Of a stretch of DNA of 64,000 bases, positions 61,901 through 64,000 are shown in pieces. Each line of letters begins with the position of its first letter. Position 1 is the first letter of the stretch. Below the pieces are notes generated by a model. It did no database searches. It saw only the letters and a list, made by a program, of their open reading frames with translations, and had not been told where the DNA came from. The position numbers were made by a program, and so were the translations under genes. The stretch is from Chrysiogenes arsenatis DSM 11915 (GTDB lineage Bacteria; Chrysiogenota; Chrysiogenetes; Chrysiogenales; Chrysiogenaceae), in NCBI RefSeq assembly GCF_000469585.1, contig NZ_AWNK01000004.1:40311-104310 (forward strand), written 5' to 3'.

Positions 61901-64000
61901 GCACCGTTTGCGAGCCGATCAGTCTGATTTCGCTCCCGCTGCCGGTCGTGGTGATTTGACTGGTGCGAGCGATCAGAATACTCACGCCATCGCTGTTTGC
62001 TCCGTTAAGGTCTATCAGCTCAATACCGCTTTTGCGCACGCCACCGTAAATTTCGACGTTGCCGCTAATGGCGGTCTGCCCTTCCCAATAGACCCAGTGG
62101 TCGGATTGTAAAGAGAGGTCGGCATTAAGCCCGCGAGTTTCAATATTGCCCAGCATAAAGAGGGCGCCTGCTCCGCCAATGTGGATATCCGCATTGTTCC
62201 CAAGCGTCGTGAGTGTGCCCGTGAGCAAGAAACCAAAGTTTGGTTGGGCACTGCCCGTCGCTTGGTAGAGTGGGTGGGGAGTGCCGAGCGTGCTAAAATA
62301 CGCATCAACATAATTTACACTCGAAGCGATACCGGCACGTGGCGTCCCCATATCAAGCGTAAGTTGGCCGCTGGCACTCACGGTGCCAGCAATCCACATT
62401 TCCGCTTGCGAGTAGAGGTAGACACTGGCCTGCGCCCCTGTTTGGTAGGCAATTGATTCATTGAAGGCCACGCCAGCATTGATGGCCGAACCACTGCCGA
62501 TGATCATGGCCTGGCTTGATTCAAGGTAAATGCTGGAATTTTGTGCGAGTGCCGAGATTTCGGATTGAGCGTTCAGGATAAGTTCACCACCCGAAACCAA
62601 ACGGATAGTGCCGCCATTCGGGTTGGTGGCTACGATGCTATCAACAATAACGCTCTGGTTAGTTTGGATAATGACGTCGTCACCACGTGCGGTGAGTCCG
62701 CTCGCGTTTGGATCATTAAAGCCGATATTGACGTCCTCGGCCACTTGCAACACGAGGCTATCAATGCGGTATTTATTGGCAATGAGCATACCCGATTCTA
62801 ACGCCAGTGTGCCGCCATCGGTTGCATCATCGGCAATAATTTGCTGCCAAATATTGGTATTGGAAAAATCTTGTTTACTCAAATCAAGAGTCGCTGCGGC
62901 TCCAACATACTCGTACAGGCCGTATTCGGACTTGGAGTATTGCACTTGCACCAGTGCACCCGTATTGAGGCCCAGCGCACTGTTTTGGCTGCTTTCGGTG
63001 CGTCGATCGGTACCAGTACTATAATCAGCAGTAATGCGTTGCCAAAGAGTCGTATTGTCAAAGGGATTTTCTAGCGTGGTTAGATCGACCTGCTCATTCG
63101 AGCCGAGATAGCGATACAATTCATACGCCACGCCAATGACATCACCGGCTCCGGCGCTAGCCAAGGCGCGTTGTTCGGCGACACTCAGTTCGTCAAAGCG
63201 ATGTGGTGCGGTAATGACGAGCACGTCACCAAGTTGACCAACTTGTCCACCGCCCCACGCTTCAGCGATAACGCTATTGGCTTTGATGTTGAGGAAATCG
63301 TTCGAGGTGGCTGCGCCGAGCTGACGGGTATCAATATGTGGGTTCAGGAACCCAGCAAAGCCCGCATTGAGGCGATATTGGGCACGCGAACTTGATATGC
63401 CAGACTCTACTATTAAACTGGCAACACCAGCATTCACCTGATTGGCATTTGTTTGTACACCATTGGCACCATCAATTATGGAACCGCTAAGAGTAATTAA
63501 CGTTACATTGCCGTTCTCTGAAGCTACCGAGGCGGCGGCATTCTCCCACGCTGTGGGGCGTACCAACACCATATCACCTTCAGTTTGGGTAATGCGGACA
63601 TTGCCTTCGGCACGCACCGCTAATCCACCGTCGCCCTGTGTATTGCTGACGAGATGGATATGGCTCACTTCACCGTTAATGGCATCAAGGTGTACTACGT
63701 TACCCCGAATGCTCATGTACTCAGTTTCACCCTGCCCTTGGCTGACTATCCCCTCTGCAGCGCGGATAGTGACATCGCCGGTAGTTGATTCAACTTTAGT
63801 AGCTTGGAAGAGACTGCTCAGGTTATCGCTCGATATAACTTGAACGAAAATATCATCGCCTGCGGTGATACTGGCAAAGCCTCTATTCCCTTCCATCATC
63901 AAAGTGACACTGCCACCGGCCGTAATGCTCGGCGCTATCCCATAATACGCAGCGCCGTCAGCAAAAGTAACATTGCCCTGGCTGTTTATCGCCATGAACA
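43902..64000 (-). CDS. Giant beta-strand-repeat (parallel beta-helix-like) secreted/surface protein, more than 6,697 aa in window; 5' end beyond nt 64000
   Basis: Uninterrupted 20.1-kb minus-strand ORF that is still open at the window edge (the codon upstream of the ATG at 63995 is sense). It is dominated by imperfect 20-60-aa repeats rich in G, T, A, S, V, L, I, N and D. Some ~100-125-aa modules have the form N.F.G.V.L.G.NV.L.....L.LG...V.G.L.V.A.G.ITQ.G. Confidence 0.9.
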   Translation of the reverse strand, partial: FMAINSQGNVTFADGAAYYGIAPSITAGGSVTLMMEGNRGFASITAGDDIFVQVISSDNLSSLFQATKVESTTGDVTIRAAEGIVSQGQGETEYMSIRGNVVHLDAINGEVSHIHLVSNTQGDGGLAVRAEGNVRITQTEGDMVLVRPTAWENAAASVASENGNVTLITLSGSIIDGANGVQTNANQVNAGVASLIVESGISSSRAQYRLNAGFAGFLNPHIDTRQLGAATSNDFLNIKANSVIAEAWGGGQVGQLGDVLVITAPHRFDELSVAEQRALASAGAGDVIGVAYELYRYLGSNEQVDLTTLENPFDNTTLWQRITADYSTGTDRRTESSQNSALGLNTGALVQVQYSKSEYGLYEYVGAAATLDLSKQDFSNTNIWQQIIADDATDGGTLALESGMLIANKYRIDSLVLQVAEDVNIGFNDPNASGLTARGDDVIIQTNQSVIVDSIVATNPNGGTIRLVSGGELILNAQSEISALAQNSSIYLESSQAMIIGSGSAINAGVAFNESIAYQTGAQASVYLYSQAEMWIAGTVSASGQLTLDMGTPRAGIASSVNYVDAYFSTLGTPHPLYQATGSAQPNFGFLLTGTLTTLGNNADIHIGGAGALFMLGNIETRGLNADLSLQSDHWVYWEGQTAISGNVEIYGGVRKSGIELIDLNGANSDGVSILIARTSQITTTGSGSEIRLIGSQTVHTNGEIVAGGNIGSTGFVFNAANNRLYLESLHQQVRIDSGLAASGNAEIRAGIPQNSIYDGVGIQVTAAGGITVGGGISATPQPNTQTGTLTLTTAGHIEVMGNLLAGGSVNRTIAGGVPTESIHWINTEATMTIVALGQLYLGGKAAATGGGTIEVGGTLRAGGAMTLQGGSGRNHGAGDDNLAIKMPATAVAVVKNPDGILKMIADADAQIWGFAASGGELQPIYNADGEQIDALYTQHAGASGAVHFEVDGTLTVLGTVRANSDISLIATDTITIGGAALLKTSEAHSTIRLESEGRTVIQPKANSGDPATVQSAGSVKIIVATTAQMELGAGQIVAAGGLQIGSTQNLIINSTLDGSDFGVTHLSLQSQGDITVTTDGYLIADDAVSLSGRTIDFQGALVVRNATSSVISTLFASENLTLSGNVRGGTIMLEAGDTLSLANAMLGVRSTHQTDVTEAAALLQSLTLKAGNDINIGNTTPHVGQLDPSSVTIQVANDLHIDAGATLHLAGNAALYLRGDGSELTVTAHDAFWVGQAYAGARFDAENPTEADWSAGNIAHVTFNLDGQLQMGGQVLNTTTNELVASLALIQASGNIQLQTGLDSTDDLLKFNPFSRIVGNNVTITTSGLLWMAGGEVWATTSLELHGGTGVSSHPDLGLLVEAGHTLRVAGGTLTLTAVDDIFVKTRLGAEINEGGEYLHLVSDIHLHSSAGSIYIGDGIVDGEGIAAHAGQLHAANTIALHAAQQLNILAAALVETTGTGSTLRAQADAELLIDGSARLQSGALLHLLSQAIAINGEVKVTDLPSGENVARLLINTAGQLVLNGLLDSSGDIDIRAGVDLSLGHVALQAAQTTASLQAAGNVYVLGIGGATAARDLNIQTGGDLILQASIAGTQERTIRVPTLITQITFVPIVTGTQSVAVGTITIPKIVWSETTRMEIVSQSRVTVGYEYVMMNVALEQTGYHNGTNFKEFFIEGQDYQNSVVNWNNAATELLPNRTATAPSANTRFDQLNEAQRQAVLNYLGYKPLFQFSYSNAQKVTVTNGTATATAHTPSWHGNAQQVTSVDVAGWRDMLISLPQGAEADILRVVSQGGPQYLVNDTTMNGNNSGTWKSAAELGVTVTYRNAVGHTQASFVHGTHYTNENIVWGNYGLSAPTAGTTFAALSDAQKMAVADTLGYVPLFSSPVAGGDLLGEFVGNFKDVAQVKYTQAASQWTGVIPFPDIISAANEVIDGNDPAYWDVTYVGGGSREYSVVGSAGFSSGLLPTWAVDYGINSNVVTAGFTPSEPATQLIRADNRFVEALINNTGNMNVVVTTPRSNQYAGSYRIADLYTPETSAIYIVIVGENYTTPTAGSMMELLKQNFSTLLDAELDPNTSIATLDATQSTLYSNLIDRLVTYSWNTSMSPRHIYTAHYFNSIDNFSNSIQDHASHVASGHVSLREKLDIFSRLVSGDLYGTLQIGFSWKHHDTALVPGTGLDTTLSIFYHIDDWQTKNAPLETFTDYTYDWTSNTTDLRDQRMKLHYQVVYEPNDVTQLVSQYGAITTQVATVVDETVTQWETQNTYGLEGRAEQVPGFESQVQEQAAFAGQSLQAGNIRLESAGAVDLRGLVTATQALTVEAGGLLSVQGQAAVEGSGVLASQSILTAESLSLIAGELALANTSTLLASNISLNSAQDASLAGQIGSAALVDGQVVVEAQHHLHILGEVYAHHITLQANTGDIVLDASSFVEGIGAGNTVTLISTQGDLIQQASFTGDTLMARAYLQGETLHLAAGGTATLVLNDVQSLKLSGTGSTMDISHVGNLDLSLVNAVDMLVTLTNTGNLRVVDAQLSGDVSQNRLTLEVQTVLGEGFNVGDTVAVNAAQAQIAIGTLVSSGYVHLITPGRVQNIDENTPAIAVEQLHLSLGTATSLRTQAGRIDAELASGDLTLNQSGRALILGDILLDAGNVAVVSNDRLVVENIWIRGGNNGVRDFVSVTTTADIVGATVDQAMIRADQLILDAGTGVSGLEVAVNHLQASSDSGDLIVRDRSLAGQTSPGLLLGTVALQGSGLLHISAQDDVRLDKEAQVSGHTIRLQSEEGNVLVEKPDGWSSSADDSVTGYTNLALVATQGSVNLYRQFNQAAGTLEYRASAFAFGNAGSQVTSFDEDMSADKVIIHAVHSGTGVDDSGQTLTLNAAIRANALVELVSDANIMFEGDLLRLDNPAGKIDKLVMRASGLSDIAVVNLEGENPGTPTEGSPTESSPSGFIRVIAPTLMVHVLDMRAKESVSIATTNDLYLNGVIAGLTSLEPLNSLKIEAAHLNLAAGVINASSLIELHADRISMNTGGLLKSETLRVRATDDVTLFTNVKSLDVQTDSGNLTVRQSGVLKVEQMITGNGAIDLRTKDDLTLVDVRSMTNSVTNTISVATLGDIKVGLVSAPAGAVTLDTIGTIQRMEAAPSGAVHIVGDTVSILGATGALDTLNIATSSGEFTRNMVSQSALSLAQLETDVQGDYVVSIPKPILNSQVGLGGDGYVPLTATATGNIWVTDLPLGDGQSLDLASSGGDIVLGSNVGTGNSDISLTGNTVLSSGTITAKNLTVAVTQDTTLSTQTANLNLNTQATAGVALTVQQQGDLAGGTVAMQGGSLNLQVSGNAQLTNLTNSSAGGAELKVDFTLADSTNTSVTLNGVNSANANTHIRSNAALNISGEVSTGATGALNLETTKTVALNLTGNNANQLTVTQLKSEGLTVDNSGDTVLKLDGDINVGAGDFVVNSDTTYLGGTVQGGSLNITGSGATTNLSGRHLFAGEYTIHDSLRIVGSSVSVTSGGDITLGGESAGYYLAANSGGVETTFNLNLSDGGRVIVWSEVGSGSGTAPATGYLAGMNITGASDVTFEEAVTIAGDLVINATGDVIFKKGVTLLDGGSLTIIGGTVGFGSGMVTLSGSTAGNIAITADIVTADADLNIALNGGTIKFNAKVQAATLAITGATVANFNDNVSVSEDLTLIVDAVHLADGKTFTGSDGSELIIGAYSAERNVNIGVSAGDALNISNSMLANSHGFSQFIFGHLEKAGGEWQGNETASGVVTVGASLDAAAMLHTDTTVYGTTLTLKAVATSASNLSLITTHGLTLGNTVVDGNLTILATGDVAQASGTTLATDSLQLDVSGNVTLQNQQALTLLESQVGGDLDISAAGDITQSGSLTVTGWSEIEARSLDGITDYDITLTHVGNNFTGSVALRGKNASLVDQSVSLANVTLSGSLTLDATAGAIIQATGTAISVAGLADLTATTDITLGIDDSDGFTSGLLQLKATDVTLCDTGSAITLTGQSVVTGGVALSSTVGGILANTAAWLEVGGTTLLTVTAGSNVLLENENNRLAGSVTFANAHNVTVHNMLNTQLSASTISGDFTVVTAGNITQSGALDVSGDMALHATGSVVLENLANEFSGNVSLVAASANIVNNRALELGELTITGDMDIYAHGVISQAGVMVISGESRITAASGDERFDITLTDAQNRFVGAVALIGANVTVATNEQLELGVSSIRGDLRVAGQGIVQSGAITVGGVAHLSAGAGVITLDDTSNQFASTVHLHNSGDYAVTLTQDGALELGTSSVGSGSLTIAATGAITQTGALVQALNAGLVTFTTQAGEIALTNSTNNFTGVVLILNDGEHAISIADIDDVKLGAITSNSDLKVHAGGHVSQVDTIEVGGLTDVTAASITLGIENNFSTETMRFSSEGEVIVNVAAGADAIMTGNNTAGSLVLTTVDGAIGTRNETIITVLGHASFTAGSGADITIDEPVTARFGSLQFTTTGAVEISHTGDLLLLQASSTQQLTLHATGNITDGDTGVLHVINATLLRVADEKAIHLDNNHSLGGAIHITNAYDVALKNTQSIHLGAVNVTNDLILETDGSIETEANVTIDVAGVVALLVGDGSDIVIGTESNVTFGALQFSTTGNVVITQSAPLTLAGASFAGGNLSLTAQGTVTNRTDATLTVTGSTTLQATETADIILDNAHNFGGAVTVLGARNVTLSDVNTLTLANLTVTGNLVATAVHELSTLEGAQIAVEENSRFSGSAVTIDTDSFTTGTLTFVSNGNVRITHDGDMVLAGESTAKTLELVVSGSLNDGATGKLSVTGITKLTADAASDIVFDNSHNFGGAVTVHQAKNVHLKAANNLTLSNITVGGDLRAQAVNVLSNLTQAQLTITGHAAFSGGEIRLGNAVGDFFSAGTLTVNSAGAVVLELDNAVTFVGSNTAGRLNVTTPESITAGASTQLIVTGDNSFTAQSIALANDTDDVLRLGGKTTMRATNGDISLGANTQSEVRIASLNVTTLNGDATLFIDGDTYLFGRNAVAGTLHIDTLGALTSNQASALSLTVSGTSTINSQGNMVLIGDFKLRSDTTIDSKADLTIIGELTVAGDFVANSDGASILRGTFSTTGSSNLSATNDLTLKGRYTGGGVTMTVGGATNVEGRLVSTGDLGITGTGNVALSNAITIDGNTNIDAKADLTIDGDFTGVNITMTVGGTTTVEGTLDIGGDLAITGTGAAMLSDTITISGDATIETDADLTLEGNFTVGGALITSSVGKSILDGTFIVEGSTELTSTGALLIEGDFTGAAVTLTVGGATTIEGELDVAGNLAITGTGAVTLSDAITISGDTTIDAKAGLAIIGTFSGANVTLTVGGTTAVAGTLDISGNLGITGTGAVTLSDMITITGDTTIDAKAGLAIIGTFTGANVTLAVGGTTAVAGTLDISGNLGITGTGAVMLSDSITITGDTTIDTDAALTIDGDFNGANVTMTVGGTTTIEGELDVAGNFDITGTGAVILSNAIAIDGDTNIDAKVDLSITGTFSGAKVTLTVGGTTTIEGELDVAGNLGITGTGAVILSNAIAIDGDTNIDAKADLSITGTFSGANVTLTVGGATTIEGELDVAGNFDITGTGAVILSNAIAIDGDINIDAKADLSITGTFTVGGALITSSVGKSILDGTFIVDGSTELTSTGALLIEGTFTSANVTLTVGGATTVEGTLDIGGDLAITGTGAVMLSDAITISGDATIETDADLTLEGNFTVGGALITSSVGKSILDGTFIVDGSTELTSTGALLIEGTFTSANVTLTIGGTTTIEGELDVAGSLAIIGTGAVILSDAITISGDTTIDAKADLSITGTFSGANVTLTVGGATTVEGTLDIGGDLAITGTGAVMLSDAITISGDATIETDADLTIEGNFTVGGALITSSVGKSILDGTFIVEGSTELTSTGALLIEGTFTSANITLTVGGATTVEGTLDIGGDLAITGTGAVMLNDTITIIGDATIETDADLTLEGNFTVGGALTTSSAGESILDGIFIVEGSTELTSTDALLIEGTFTSANVTLTVGGATTVEGTLEIGGDLAITGTGAVILSDAITITGDTTIKTDETLTIEGNLTVGGDLSAHSGGTTTLQGVFTIAGLNTITTSGDLRLSELELATDTVTVIMVQAGVSGEQRNFILDGALNFSGEHLQIEVENGSIIVQSDIASSGNVSLLARNGNVEFIDSLVHITGDATLDISAQSVSMTAKALLQTQNNIRIEATHSMSISHVTTPTAVSLVGGVITSAPSSTVNILAKYLRVTGSQLGESGRPFVVEVDSLSADIGHGGIFLAAQEDLRIGDNDQFGELTVLRMTNEALVEEITDSMLNGTSSHGTIELHAVHGSLILAMNISGVDSTVVLSSGKSIVQEATLSLTGQGEVRYTAPVIEMKASAQTLSERGDIYFTSTDSILLIAHVATGGDVWLESSEYRIQSSLGTQAANIVANQVFIKTIPFFIDQPVASLIPQLEAIRADLLKIDAAQIHGIVGPGQLYSVVDDATGDSYIFGIRGIDQRVYVISVGNHAVVHGPVRAEFKLSAFESVRFSGSQGGGASASASKTIQELSIENMDALRLHNATTFLDHASLSRLQKATMSSFMNLSDLGISDGMFGGINFDFGFMQQAPVGLEPGFNLQMPYTSSKVVNFYGDFQFSSFGSSIQDSFIFDFYTEEEFEF
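45560..48590 (-). repeat. In-frame tandem array of 13 near-identical coding modules (7 x 59 aa / 177 bp and 6 x 99 aa / 297 bp)
   Basis: The short unit is ANVTLTVGG.T..G.LD..GNL.ITGTGAV.LSD.ITI.GDTTIDAKA.L.I.GTF.G. The long unit adds NFTVGGALITSSVGKSILDGTFIV.GSTELTSTGALLIEGTFTS. DNA copies are near-identical, for example GGTGATAGCAAGGTCGCCGCCAAT at 45783 and 46080, 297 nt apart. Confidence 0.85.

Noticed and set aside
43902-64000. Calling the giant protein an RTX adhesin/toxin
   Set aside because: I found no tandem GGxGxD nonapeptide block near the C-terminus. Only isolated chance matches occur. I kept the generic beta-strand-repeat description.

Overview
This is a 64-kb window from a diderm (Gram-negative-type) bacterium, roughly 50% GC by eye. 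I cannot assign a taxon without a database search. I support about 34 protein-coding genes and found no rRNA, tRNA, CRISPR array, transposase or integrase. All product calls rest on motifs read in the supplied translations, not on searches.

Layout:
- nt 1-24,900 is dominated by signal transduction. It holds an HDOD fragment, an ABC-2 transporter pair, an MCP-hemerythrin fusion, a RimK-type ATP-grasp protein and a five-gene His-Asp/c-di-GMP operon. It also holds an MCP with a periplasmic CxxCH motif, a YdiJ-like FAD/Fe-S oxidoreductase and an EAL-HDOD protein. gyrB is followed upstream by a CheY-CheC-(PAS-GGDEF)-CheA module.
- nt 24,900-33,600 is housekeeping: pnp, rpsO, gmhA, a GT4 glycosyltransferase, umuDC, nfeD plus an SPFH gene, and an SDR.
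- nt 33,700-64,000 is one co-directional minus-strand block. It starts with a giant beta-strand-repeat gene (more than 6,697 codons in the window, 5' end beyond nt 64000) and sapC, followed by a hairpin. Next comes a tightly coupled six-gene operon: a TolC-like OMP, a secreted MFP, an MFP with a large cytoplasmic domain, a PqqD-like/M50-peptidase/MFP fusion, a C-terminally truncated SecA paralogue and a 284-aa unknown.

Main candidate for something undescribed: this operon has TolC and three MFP modules but no ABC, RND or MFS inner-membrane transporter. I propose a tripartite envelope-spanning export or cleave-and-export machine driven by a SecA-type motor. Its cargo could be the adjacent giant protein or an unidentified peptide.
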